Assembly: GCA_051942245.1 (NCBI GenBank)
Contig: JAVECL010000070.1
Coordinates: forward strand, 1-62,836
Source: Trypethelium eluteriae
Taxonomy: Eukaryota
Reading direction: 5' to 3'
Length of the DNA: 62,836 bases
In this document: one piece after another, positions 11,723-24,273 of the stretch
Numbering within the stretch: the stretch's first letter is position 1
How the letters are laid out: each line of letters begins with the position of its first letter
The notes under the pieces: generated by a model
Seen by the model: only the letters and a program-made list of their open reading frames with translations
The model's database searches: none
What the model was told of the DNA's origin: nothing
Program-made: the position numbers and the translations under genes

Positions 11723-12476
11723 ATGTTCTTCCCTGGCCGAACGTGATTGCATAGTTTGTGTTTCAGATCGTTTTTATCACAGTATACCTGCTTAGCCAAT
11801 GAATGAAATCGCGACGTCAGAGGCGATCTTATTACGTCACAACAAATGCCACCGCAAATCCCGCGAGTAGCCATGCAACGCATAGGGAAGACTTCGATTA
11901 GAGGCTCTTGAAGTAAGCCGGTAAGGCATTGAGAACTTTGATGAGCCGAGGCGGAAGAACAGAAAGTAAGAGGGCCAGCGAAGCAGGAAGTGAGATGTTT
12001 ACAATGACATTTCAGGCCCTTAGCGGAAGTTATAGTGAGAGTTGATGCGTCAGGAGCTAGCTGAGATGTGAAGCTCAAGGGCGCTGAAGATTACTTGACT
12101 GACCTGTCGATCCTACGGAATGTATTGTTGACACGTCTTGTTTTTCTCGAGGGCGTTTGACATATGCTTATAATATAAGCAGACTATACATTAATATTGT
12201 TTACAGCATCATCAGCAACCTCCATGTGTGGGCTCTCTCTGCGTCGTTCGCTATATCTTCATGCCTGCGTTGAGCTCGGTGGTCCCATACTCCATGCTTA
12301 GGATAAAATCGAAAGCAAAGGCTCGCCTCCCTTTGCAAGAAAAAAGTCAGCAAATAAAAAACCATATACACATGAAGAATTAAAGCAAATTCATGAAGCC
12401 GCCAGGAGCAACGGGTATCAATCAACACATAGTAACGCCTTCCACCCTCGCATCGACCTCATATGAGGTCTTCCCA

Positions 12477-13876
12477 TCATAGCATCAAAGCAACAAAGAG
12501 CAGCGCCGTCACTCCACTGAACGCACTTAAGTTCCTCTCCCTCGCCGCAGCCCCACTCGCTACCGGCGCCGCCGTCGTCGTCGCAGCCGTCGGACTCTGC
12601 GTGGAGCTTGGCCCAGTCGGCGTCACAAGAGTCATACTACTCCCAGTCGGGCTGCCCGTCGCAGTCATCAAGCTGCTCTCCCCAGTCGACCCCGAGGACA
12701 CTGCGCCCGACGAGGTCGCCGTTGCGAAAGTCGAGCTGCCTCCAACGGTAATACCGCTTGACGCCGCACTCGACGCCGAGGACGCCGCGGCGGAAGCAGC
12801 GGAAGATGCAGCGCTGGTAGCTGAGGAGACGTCGCTAGAGAGAGAGGAGACGACAGAAGAGATGACGCTAGAGGGTGAGGCAAGGACGGAGCTGGTGGCG
12901 GCGGAAGCGGCGGAGGAGGCGGAGGCGGAGACGGAGGACTCGGCGCTCGAGGCGGAAGAGACGGCGGAAGAGATGAGACTGGTGGGGGCGGGGATGATGG
13001 TCAAGGTGGAGCTTCCGCTGGGCGCAGAGGAGATGGCTGTCGAGCCACTTTCCGAGGCGATGGAACTGCCGGTGGATTCTGCGCTGGCGGAGGCAGTGGG
13101 GATTGGAGAGAGGGACCAGCCGGTGCTGGTGCCGCTGGTGACTGGGATGGGCACGAAGCTCGGGGAGAAGGAGCTCGATGCGGTGGTGTAGGCGCTGCTG
13201 AGGACTGAAAGCGCGTTGGTAGTACTCGTGGAGAAGGACGCCTCGGTAGTGCTGGGAGCGCTTGCAACGGAGACGGAAGGGTTGGGGACAGATAAAACCG
13301 GGGGAACCTGAGTGACTGCCGAGGTGAATGCTGGAGAGACGGACGACGCGGAGTTGCTGGCTGGCGCGGGATTCACGGTCATCGTGGGTGAGTTGGAGAG
13401 GATGCTAGCGACATTGCTACCGATTGAGGATGCAAAGCTGCTGTACGACGTTACATCTTCGGTAGAATGGGAAGACAGTGCGCTACTGAGGACAGATAGC
13501 GCATTGGTGGTCGCCGTGGCCAAGCCCGACGTACCCTCGCTTGGTACTGTCATTGAGGATTGAGCAACGGGAATGACGATGGGAATGTCCGAAGTTGTGA
13601 GCGTTGCGCCTGAGTTTTTGTTAGCCGATGAACATGAGTCGGAGATACCGTGAGCATCATGCTAACCAGGTGGAGCATTGGATATTGCGCTCGCATACGA
13701 TGACAGCTCAGATAAATAGCTGGCCGTTGCAAGAGTGGAAGCAGTTTGGAGAAGTGCTAAGTTGGGGTCAGGGGGAGTGCTGATACAATGAATCTACTAA
13801 ATAACATACTCGAACTTGAGCTTTGGGACAGTACAATGGAAGGCAGGGCCAAGAAGGCAATTGTAGTTGACTTCAT
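12477..13876 (-). CDS. Ser/Thr/Ala-rich secreted, probably GPI-anchored cell-wall protein
   Basis: Signal peptide MKSTTIAFLALPSIVLS, two short introns, long S/T/A low-complexity body, C-terminal SGAAARERNLSAFSGVTALLFVALML (omega-like site plus hydrophobic tail). TTNALSVLSSA occurs twice. Confidence 0.8.
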
Positions 13877-14524
13877 GATTCTTTGTATTCTCAAGGGTGG
13901 CAAATTAGATTTTCGCGATGCTATCGAGTTAGTAAAGTGCCGTCGCAACAGAGTACGAAAAGTTCGCGCGAAGGTGTCGGAGTCTTAGATCGTGAGAATA
14001 TGAAAGATGAACTTGAAAAAAGAAAGAAGCGCGATATTCATGTTTAGAAGGCGGCAGCATAAATTATAGATGAAAGTGAATACATGTGGCAGGTATTTAT
14101 TTTGGAGGCTGGTCAGCAAACAACACCAATTTCCTGGAATATTCACCCATTTACGCGTCAAGTAGCGCAGATTTTAATTTACCGGGAGTTCACTCCGTAG
14201 TCTCTATCCTCTTGCCGCTACGTCTACGAGGCACTAGAAATTTTCCGCGTGTAACGTTCGCAAACCTGTTTTGGGCGTGTTGTTTTCCTTGGTTTCGCGA
14301 TGAGAAACAGGAGGTTGGGAGGTTTGGTGTGCAGATGGATGAGGTCACCGCGCTAGACAGGGATTCGTGGTGTGGCTGGGTGCCGCCCACGTGACTTTCA
14401 CGTACTCTCATTGGTCAAATTCCAGCAACTCCATGTTTAGTCCACAACGGTTATTCCTGCTGTCGGGTGCTCGGGGAAAGACATCTGCACGTTCCCAAAT
14501 ACAACTATAATTATTCCGATGAAG

Positions 14525-14549
14525 TACGGAGTACGGAGTACGGAGTACG
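14525..14549 (+). repeat. (TACGGAG)x3 tandem heptamer in intergenic DNA
   Basis: Read directly: tacggag tacggag tacggag tacg. Confidence 0.85.
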
Positions 14550-15391
14550 ACAAAGATGAATTTGGCTTCCAGATTAGGCTCAAAACTCGTGCACCCTGAC
14601 TTCACTGGCTATGAACCGGGAAGTGCAAGAAACCCCACTACAAAGTATCTGCTATGGTGGCTCCATCATGGATTTATCCGCCATACTTATCGACATCTCG
14701 CAGTACAATTCAGACCATTATGTCCCTTTCAGAATCGTAACTTTTTTTAGCCTTAGCTTGAGCGAGATCTCGGGCTCTTTCCGAGATCAAGGTTTGCTCG
14801 TCCTCCGGGAATCGCTTCCTCATGAATACTGTTGAGCAGTTCGAACCGACTAGCAACTGTATGGATTGCACCTATCGCAGTCAACTGTATTTACTGGCTT
14901 CCTCCAAATTCATATCTCGAAATCGCATAAGGACCAATTGAAATGCAGGATAGTGAATACTGCAGGGCATGTTCACTGCCGTGACCAAGACTCCTGAGCA
15001 ATAACCGAAAGAACTCATGGTCTCGTCCCGAGCGACCTACCAAGCGAAGATGCTTCGACTTTCTTGAACCTGCATGATGGAGTCTAACAGAAGAGCAGCT
15101 CAACTCGGTCCCTTAACCATATCATAAAAAAGACCTATTGATTTACAAGCATCAGTCACTTGAAACTCTCAAAACAAGAGAACAATAATAATAGGCAGAC
15201 AATACTGTAGATCAGACAGCAGTTGGACAATTCAATATCCACATGTAACTTTCGGAACAGGTCTGTGAAAGAATTTTTTCTCATCATAAAAGAGCGAACC
15301 TGTGAGCGGAAGGGAAGGTGATAGCTTACCAATTTATTAAGATTTCTATCACACGATACTCAAGTATACGATGCATGCAGAAATATTCAGC

Positions 15392-16567
15392 TCATCCAAC
15401 TTTCCTGCGTTTGAAAAAGGTCTCCAAAGTCTTCTGGCCCTCTTCGAACTTTGCACTACCAACGCCACCGCCAGTACGCTTCAGGCCTCTCAGATGTGAC
15501 TTTTCATTGACAGTCATGATTGTCGTCGTCCATTCTCGAATCAATTTGATGGGTTCATGTGCGAGAGAGAAGGATTCAGAAATCCCAGGTTGCAGAGATG
15601 ATCCAGCTACTAATTCAGCCTGTTGAACCTCAGCACCAACGCTCAGTCCGACAGGTTCAGCAACCGCAGTGCTATCTCCAACAGCCTTGTGATCGGGCTG
15701 AGAAGGCATCCCTCTCTGACTAAGATCTGGTCCACATTCTGTGGAGGTGGAAGAGGCAGGTAGATCCTCTGACCCTTTTTTGTTGATTGCGTCAGTCTTA
15801 TATTTGCTGAGCCTGAGCTCGAGGTATCCTGTGTTGGACCATCCACCAAGGTGTTCGAGGTCGGTAAAGGACTGCGAAGCAACAGCGGTAGGTGCGAAGC
15901 CGACGCTCCTTGCTGGTAGGCGTCGGAGAAAACACTTCCAAAGACTCGAGAGGAGTATGCCATGGGAGACGACAGCCACAACAGGCTCAATCTCGAGATG
16001 TTCGTCATGCAAGAGCGGCAAAAGATGTTCATCTAGAAAGCTATCCCCACGTCTCGCCATAGACTCCTTGCTTTCCGGAGGCACGAATCCCGGCTCATTT
16101 TCATGATTCCTTTGATGTGCTTGTTTCCCCGTCAAATTTTCCCCGCGAGGTCGCTCGTAAAAAGGTTTGCCTTCGTAGAAGCCGAAGTCTTGTTCAATCA
16201 ACGCTTGACACCGAACGATTTCGAGTTTGAAAGTGTCGTTTCTTGCCGAACCAGACGAGTCTAGCGCGGGGACTGCTGTCGCATCAGGAAAGAAACTACT
16301 TTGAGCATCTTGCACCAGCTTTGCCGTTTTCACAGCTCGCTTAAGGGGCGAGGAAAAGAGGTGTGTAATACGTATTCCAGACACTTGGAAAGATTGACCC
16401 AATTTTGTAGCTTGTAGAACGCCGTGATTTGTGAGTTCAGAGTCACGGGTCCCAGCACTGAACTTGCTCAGCAATGCATATCTGCAGAGATTGTGTTGGC
16501 CTTGAACTTACTATAATTGCGCGATGTTGTCGACAGTCTCGCCATGACGGATAAGGAAAAGCCTCAT
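15392..16567 (-). CDS. Histidine phosphatase (phosphoglycerate mutase family, TIGAR-like)
   Basis: Spliced MRLFLIRHGETVDNIAQLY|AGTRDSELTNHG (RHG motif; intron 16511-16458), SSPLKRA, EQDFGFYEG, VVSHG. Confidence 0.88.
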
Positions 16568-18031
16568 CCTCGTGTGCTATATTTCCAAGCCGAGAACGCC
16601 ATGGTGTTTTCGTCGCTGGATGACACTGGAATCGGTGCGGGTTGAGGCTGGAGGCCGGCTCGTAAGGTTGAGCATGAGGCCCGCAAAATTGGCGTGGGGT
16701 GTGAAAAGGTTGTCGAGGAAGTCCGAGCCGAGGATTTCCCTAGTAGAAAACAACCATCCCTCAACGACCGGCAACACCTCTCAAGAACTTTGAGCAATAT
16801 CAAAGTGAACATCTCAATATCAGACCTCTAAACATCATCTTTACGGCTGCCACTCCGAATTTTTCACTGGATAGTTTATGAAGGTAGACTCATCCCAGTT
16901 GACTATGCATTCCATTTTCGATATTCCGCTCTTCGTTACAATAGTATGCTTGGGGTTTAAAAATTATCCCTTGCTGGATCGCGTTACTTAAGTCTCAGAG
17001 ATATGCGCTGGATAAAAAAGCTGGCCACGCCCTTTTTGGATGGTGGGGATCCAGCTTCTGACACTATGATTGAGTTTGAGTGAGAGAAGAAAACCTCCAC
17101 GCATTGGTGTTCGTTTCCTGTTTCTCAATCTATCAGGTTGCTCAATAAATACATCACCTCTGTAGCTCATTGCGTCGCTTTGTCTGACCAATCATTCGGC
17201 TACGGAGAGGACTGATGCTTGGGATTAAGTACAAGCAAAATGCTCGCTAACAAGCTCCCTCTCTTTCACTCCTTTTTATTCATTTTGCCCAATCACCGTT
17301 CTTACGATTGAGTATCTCCTCTTTGGAGAAGAAAAGGAAAAAAGAAGAAAAAGAGGAAAGGATCAGAAAAAAAAGAGGAAACTTTGGCGCATTGCGCGGT
17401 CTAATAAACTCCGGAACATCAACTCGAGTCGACATCTTTTTACTCGAACTCTGCATCAAGGTTGAACCCAGGTGACCCCTGCACTGCGATGAATGTCCCA
17501 CACACCAACACAACATTCAGTCCTTAACGTCCACGTCCTCTACCGCCTACAATCTTTTCTTAACTTCCTACTTCAGTACTTCCCCACTCATCAAAAACGT
17601 CGAGAACGTCACATTTCAACGTCGCTTCTTGACGCTTTCAGAGCTATTAACTTAGATCTCAACTCGTACGATACTACCTTTCATCACTTACATTACTTTA
17701 CGAAAAAACTTCACCCTGTTTTCTACTCTCTCTCATCACTCTTGGAAGTTCTTGCCAGACTATGAGTACACTCCACTAGCTCACTTGATGAAGATGATCT
17801 AGTGCAGATCACAACAAAAGAACCCACATCCGACACATCATATTAGCAAGTGCCATACCTACTTCCTCACCGTGACTCTTACACAAGGCCACTTCGAACT
17901 GGGATATACCTCACGTATTTTAGTACGCGTGTCGCATGCAACTCTCACAACTGCATCCACTCCTTTCTGACGCTTGACGCACTTCATATTTGCCTCTCTT
18001 GTTGCTAAGATTACCTCTAACTAAACCAACC

Positions 18032-20251
18032 ATGGATGTCCCTGAGGAATCGACAGGACGGCATTATCCACCTACGCTTGACGTTCCTGCTGATGAATCA
18101 GGCATAGCCCCTGAGGATCTGCCGCAAATGAGAGATGGAACGACGTTAACGATGAAGCCTCTTCAGAATGAGACCCCTCCGCCAAGTGATGCGTCCGGAA
18201 AGCAGACGCCCCACGCCAAGGCCAACGAGTCGTATGCCGTCGAGAACTTCCATGACACCATGCATGATCAATCGCTTCCCCAACAGTTCTATTCCAACGA
18301 TGAGCTCGATGCTTTCCTAGACTTCGAGAATGAGAATAATGCGACAGATTTTGTTGAGCATTGTTCAGAAAAGCCCATTGTCAGAGTCTATGATCTTCGT
18401 CCTGGCCCGCGCGAAGATCCCGAAAACGTATGGACGACATGGCACGACGAGGACGAGAGTGGCAACTATGATCCAAACGCCAAGGTGCCAGAAAGACAAG
18501 TCGTAAAAAGAAAGCGAGTTCGTGAGGAAGTATTTCAGGAAATCAAGTCACTCGAGGAAGGCCCTGAAAAGAGGGCGAAAATCAACTCTCTTCTTGTAGC
18601 TCGACAAGAAGGGCAGAGCTATGTTGTAAGTCTTGCTTTTCCTTCGAGCCGAGCCAAAAAAGAGCTTCGAAGATACCGAGGCCAAGACAATTGGCCAGAA
18701 GAGTCATGGAATCATCTCGCTCTTCCCGATCCCGACCGTATCAGCGATGAGGAAAAGCCCACATTCTTGAATACATCCGGTTCGTACAAGCTACGAAGCC
18801 ACTATAAGGATGATCCATCGTTACTTCCTTTCCGGGAGGCGAGCCCGATCAAAGAAGACCTCACGGGACATCCAGCCGCTCGCGGCTGCGTGGCTTGCTA
18901 TAAGTTGGGAGATACTTGCTCTCTGCTAAAAGAGCCTCGGCAGTATCCATGCGAATTGTGCAAGGCTGATGATCTAGTCTGCGATCTCATAACCCCACCA
19001 AAATGGAAGCGAAGCTGTGAAGCTTGCCGCAAGAAGAAAGTCAAATGTTCGTATTACCTTAATCCCTACGATGAAGACGAGCATAGGGTGCCATGTGTTA
19101 CCTGCTCTGAGGCGGGATACCATTGCGTCGCTGGCCCGCGAGTCGATGATCCAACCGATCCGCCCCTGCGAATTGACCTAGACTACGACTGGAGTGCCAA
19201 AAGGCCGGAAAAAACTCGACGATTCGTCGCGTGTACATTCTGCCGCAGCAACAAAAAGCGTTGCAGCCTTTTCCGCTGCAGAGATGATCTGCCCTGCAAA
19301 GCCTGCAAAGACGCGGGTCTAGAATGTACCTTCGAGGCTTTGGAAACATCGAAACAAAGCGGTACCCAGCAGTCTTCCGTTGCTGGGGCCTCCTCTTCTT
19401 TCCACTTGTCCAATACCGAAGCCCTCCGTCCTGGTGCCCCTATTCCCCATTGGTCGCTCATTCCTGACGAATCCTCCCCTCCCCCACCAGCCATCAATAG
19501 TCACTCTTCCTCATCCACTTTCCAAGCTGACGCAGACCCCACAACGGACGACGGCACCTTCCAAATCAACACTGCCTTCGCTCATCCTCTCACCTTCAAC
19601 CACCTCACCACTCCTCAGCTCCCCTGCCACTTCTGCGGGCCCGCCTCAACCCGCTTCGCTATCCTCGGATATGGCATGCGCTCTGTCACCGTCGTGGAGT
19701 GGGTGCCCGGGAAAGGCTACGACGAGATCGGCGGTGGCCACCGGGGTGAAGGGAAGGAGTCCACGAGGATGTGTCTGAAGTGCACGATGGCGCGCGTGAG
19801 GATATGCGCGTGCGGGGAGCATGAGATCAAGTCGCTGAAGGGCATCTTAGCCGATCCATTAGAGGCCATGGAAGCGCTGACTGAGGGGAACGGGCAGGAT
19901 GCGGATAAGTATCAGTGGTGCAACGTTTGCCCAAACGTCGCGCTCTACGAATGCGTGACGTCTCAGGAGCGGAATGAGTTTGGAGAACTGATCCATCCGA
20001 AGGCGCGAGAGCAGCTGGGCTGCGGGCTCTTATTGTGCGATGCCTGTGCGATGGCGGTGGTAGCTAAAGAGGGAAATTTGCAGGCGATGTTGATGGAGGG
20101 GCCGAAGGCAGATGGGGAAGAGGAAACTGAGGGAGACGTCGAGATGGAGGATAGAGCGGAGAGTGGCAGGTACCCCTTGGGCTGGAGAGCGGATGCAGAA
20201 TTCTTGAGGGCCGATGGGCTGATGATGGAAGCTGTGCTTGCTGATGACTGA
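18032..20251 (+). CDS. Intronless protein with three tandem Zn(II)2Cys6 clusters and a C-terminal Cys-rich domain
   Basis: Three CX2CX6CX10-15CX2CX6C motifs (18887-19327) plus CHFC..CLKC..C..H..CNVC..C..C..CDAC near the C-terminus. First ATG at 18032 in an aaccATGG context. Confidence 0.8.
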   Translation: MDVPEESTGRHYPPTLDVPADESGIAPEDLPQMRDGTTLTMKPLQNETPPPSDASGKQTPHAKANESYAVENFHDTMHDQSLPQQFYSNDELDAFLDFENENNATDFVEHCSEKPIVRVYDLRPGPREDPENVWTTWHDEDESGNYDPNAKVPERQVVKRKRVREEVFQEIKSLEEGPEKRAKINSLLVARQEGQSYVVSLAFPSSRAKKELRRYRGQDNWPEESWNHLALPDPDRISDEEKPTFLNTSGSYKLRSHYKDDPSLLPFREASPIKEDLTGHPAARGCVACYKLGDTCSLLKEPRQYPCELCKADDLVCDLITPPKWKRSCEACRKKKVKCSYYLNPYDEDEHRVPCVTCSEAGYHCVAGPRVDDPTDPPLRIDLDYDWSAKRPEKTRRFVACTFCRSNKKRCSLFRCRDDLPCKACKDAGLECTFEALETSKQSGTQQSSVAGASSSFHLSNTEALRPGAPIPHWSLIPDESSPPPPAINSHSSSSTFQADADPTTDDGTFQINTAFAHPLTFNHLTTPQLPCHFCGPASTRFAILGYGMRSVTVVEWVPGKGYDEIGGGHRGEGKESTRMCLKCTMARVRICACGEHEIKSLKGILADPLEAMEALTEGNGQDADKYQWCNVCPNVALYECVTSQERNEFGELIHPKAREQLGCGLLLCDACAMAVVAKEGNLQAMLMEGPKADGEEETEGDVEMEDRAESGRYPLGWRADAEFLRADGLMMEAVLADD

Positions 20252-20501
20252 GAAAATCGGCTGGAGAATTGAAATCATGCGACTTAGAGGATTGGGGGTC
20301 AACCAGATTCAGATATTCGATGGCGAAATCTGGATCGTTCACTGGCGTTTGTGGCGTTGGTATCTTGAAGAACCTCATGGCTGTCTTGCTTGGACGATGA
20401 AATTGTCAAATCTTGCTTACATGGCTAGTCGCCAGATAACATTGCTACGTTGCATTAAGATTGCTGACAAGAAACCTAAAGGTTCGAGGTCCTTCGTACA
20501 T

Positions 20502-22265
20502 TCATTCTCGTCTTCTCCCGAGTTGGTAGAACCTCCTCCGCTCTGAGTCGGACACCTTGGCACGCACTTTCCTCCTGTGTCTTGCCCTGTCCGGCTCGCT
20601 CCTCCGGACTGACCTGCTCCCTCGCTCTGTCCGCTCATCATCTGCTCCGGTTGTGATACTGATGCCGCTATCGTCTGCCTCCGTCCACGTCGCTAAATGC
20701 CTAGTGGATGCAACTGTCGACCTTGCTCCACCCGTCGGTGCTACGCTCTGCGGGCGCGAGTGACGACCCTGTCCTACTGCATCTACAGCCCGCATGTGGC
20801 TGAGGTGGTCCGGACTATCACCCCTTCTCATCACCGTGGCTGAGCGTAGAGGACGACCCTCATCTGCATCAATGTTTTGGTACGTGCGGGAGCCATATCG
20901 GATATCTCGAGACTCGACGGGCTCGTCACCGTACCGGACAAGCATTCCTTCAGTATCGTGCGAGCGGATATCAGACTGGTCGTGAGTATTGGAACCTGAG
21001 GCCTGGCTATGTGATGCGAACTCCACAGGAATCGGTCTTTCGATCAAGGCCATGCTTGTTGACGGTGCTGAGAGACCCATCGCGGATTCGGACCCGGTCG
21101 AATCGTTGCCTCTCCTACGCGCTCGTCGCATTTCTCTTGATTGCGAAATGTCATCGCGGTGACGTCTCCTTCCCCGATCTTCAACTCTACTTTCGCCGTC
21201 TTGTAACGCTGTATTCTTGAGTTTCTCTTCAAGAAAAGCTACAGTTTCTTTGTCTAGTAGCCTAATCTCCTCGCCGTCCTGCAACCTTCGGCTGATCTCT
21301 CTACGGAAAATATCATTGATGAAAGCTCGGGGACCGCAACGCCAAATCTGGCCCAGCCTGAGTCTCTCGTCTTTTTGGTGAGCTGCAGCGATCAAATGTC
21401 CGCGTGACCCAAGGCCCTGTGTCTGTTCGATTGGAGCTATGTCACGAACCAGCTGGGAGTCGTCCTGCAATGGGGCTTGAGCACCCTCAGGTAAGGCACC
21501 GGACATGTCGTGTACTGCTTGCTCCTCTTCCGAGCGACCCCGAGTTTGCCTGGCTCTTGCGTGTACAGATCTGGCTCCTGAGGATCGACTCGAGGACGTT
21601 GTCATATCATGCAGACGCACAGGACTAAAGACTGGTGATTTCGCTCGATCTCGTGTGTGGTTTTGTTTGAGATTGTTGCTTTGTATCAGCTTTTCCAGAT
21701 CCCGGATATCTTCGTCCAGCTCTTTCAGCAAGATCCTCACTGTCGGTACCACGCTTAGTGGAGTCAATTTTGCCCTTAGCGATCGCAGAACCCTCAAGCT
21801 CTTTTCCGGCAAAGGGAATTGTAGGATCAGCGATCTTCCAACCCCTGAAGTTGCTGAAGGTAAATTCTTTTCCGACACGGAGTTGAACCTTTGCATTCTC
21901 CGGTGACTGACTTGGAGTGCGTGCTTCACCAGCAAAGTCTGTAGAAGCCGAAGACTGCCCACGAAGCCAAATTGCTGAATGCTGAGAATGAGGTCAAGTT
22001 CACGAGGGGCTCGAGCCTATAATAGGCTGCTACATCTTCCTTCGCGATATGTGACCCGGACTCCAACTAGTCAAGTCACAACGATGAGGTTAAAAAGAGG
22101 GATGATTGCAATCCTGGTGCTCGAACTGATTAAGATGCTCACTGCGCTTGGGTCATTCTTCGTCCTGAGAGCGTTCGCCTTGGCCCGTTGTAATTTATGA
22201 AGATAGCGCAGCAAGAACTTTTTCATGCATGGTTTTTGGGTGGAGCAATGAACAAAGGCCATATG
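20502..22265 (-). CDS. Hypothetical protein (helical N-terminal part, disordered Arg/Ser/Asp-rich remainder)
   Basis: 486-codon open frame 21962-20502 with a plausible acceptor (TATTATAG) just upstream and a possible first exon near 22265-22143. No recognisable family; the 5' structure is uncertain. Confidence 0.5.
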
Positions 22266-24273
22266 AAAATCTATTAGAGATTTCGTATTTGCGAAGTCAT
22301 TGGGCAAAATCTTGGAAGTGCAAATCAGTGGGTGGGTAGCAAACAAGTTTCGGGAAAGAGAAGTCACGATGAACGGGTACCACAAGGAAAGAGCAACGGA
22401 CAAACAAGAGAAACATCAACATTTCTTGAAACAAGTTTCAGTTGTATTTCGATCAGGGAAGCCATCCTTGAGTGCGAGAATCCCGCCAAGACAATTCAAG
22501 CTTATTTCGTCAAGAAAATGATGTACCTTCCTCACGGCGAAATGGATCTCGTGGATCCACATTTGCCTTTCTGGCCTATTTTTTTAGTTTTTACTTTTTG
22601 TAAAGAGAAAAAGAATACTACACTTTCAATACGGCAAATGCAGATAGAGTGTCTGCTAGTGAAAGAATTTAGCGACTTTATCTTCGAGCCGAAAATGGCT
22701 TGACTGCAGAGATGGATGTGAGAGCTTGATTGCGGAAACGTTATGACTGGAGATAAGCCTTGCTGCCAACAAGATCAACGATCGACATGTAGTGGCCGGT
22801 ATGGATCGTTAATGCCCTCGTCCGCCACGAAGTCTGTGTTCGATAGGGTAGCAATGTCTCTAACCAGTCCATTTGGTAGTTGATATTATTTTCGAATGAG
22901 ATGCCATTTATCGCGGCTACATTGTCCGACAAGGTCGGGGGTTACGGGCGGCGTTCTAGATCCCCTTCAATGATTCAAGGGTGGATATGCGAAAATAGTA
23001 AAAGTGGGTTTAATCCGTATGCAATTGCAGGGGGAGGCTTCAGCAATGATGCCGTATTATCAAGCCGATTTCGGAATAAGTTCTGTCAGAGTTAAAGTGC
23101 GCAAGCCTAGTGAGCCTCGTACAACGGCACGATAAGCACAGGGCGAATGAGAACCTAACGTGGGTCCACGTCACCGCTGGGACGGTGGGAATTGCTGAGC
23201 TACTATTTCTCTAGATTTGTTGAGTCGATCACCAAGTCACTTATCCTCCTGCCTCTGAATACCTGGATTCTAGCAAGTCTTGGACGGCCTATTGAGACTA
23301 GGAGGGGCTGTGAGATTTCCTCGGTGTCATATCTCAGAATTCGGTGGCCGACTGGGGCTGAGTGTGATCAGTTTCTACCAGCAAGATGCGTGGCCGAACG
23401 AGTTCGTACACGATGTCGATAGGGAGCGTAAGTCCTTCATTCTCTCCAGTCTCCAACCCTTTGTCGCCATACTGGAAAGAGCTGGAGCGGTAGTGGACTC
23501 GATGCAATTGAGGAGTTGGAACTGAACTGGCGGCCGGAACAACTCGGTGCTTTCCCGGTTGTCGGCGGTGGCCACCAACCCAACCGGCACAGATCCTCGT
23601 CATGGAGGGGACCACTGGGACTTGAGGAGACTGCCATACAGTACCGCGCATATCTCCAGAGCACACGACACCTCCAACCCCCTGGCTTTGTGCTCTTTCC
23701 TGAGCCGCCGATACAAAATTTGTTGGCGCTTCTCATTACATGGACTTGCCAGTCGCGCAGCAAGTCTTCAATCACTGCACTGCCCAAACAATTTGCCATT
23801 GGACTCTTCCCTATCCTCAACCTTCGACTGGGCAGGTACTTGCCACCTCCCTGTTCCTCCCAATTCGTGTGACGCAGCAGACCGCTCCTTCCAGGCTGCA
23901 TAGGATGGGCCAATCGGAACCATTGCGAGCGAGAGAAATTGGCGTCGGGAGCCCAAACATCAAAAAACAATACACGAAGGCAGAGAGTGCCATCTTGCTG
24001 GACTTTGCCCCAAATCCTTGAGAGAGTGCAAGTATCCCTTCTGGACTGCATTGGAGAATCAACCACCAAACCAGAAAAAACGCCAATTTACCTGGATTTG
24101 AGGCCAGTTTTGGGACTTGAGTTACGGTTTCAGTCAATTGCTGCTGTCCCTTTTCAAGTCAGCCGTCTACAAAATTGGACAGAATTCAAACACGGCTGCA
24201 ACACTTGACTGAAGCCTGGAGGAAACTTTCGCCGCTATCTTCTGCATCTGACTAGTGCACCACAATTTTCAGT

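Noticed and set aside
12463..13191. 242-aa antisense ORF rich in Ala/Glu
   Set aside because: Mirror of the Ser/Thr/Ala low-complexity cell-wall gene, whose codon usage avoids antisense stops.
18032..20251. Triple zinc-cluster gene as the PKS cluster regulator
   Set aside because: It is more than 21 kb away, beyond FBP26 and TOM1, and no shared promoter motif was evident.
23190..24210. Overlapping 70-210 aa ORFs upstream of FBP26
   Set aside because: No motifs or consistent coding pattern; more likely promoter and long 5' leader.
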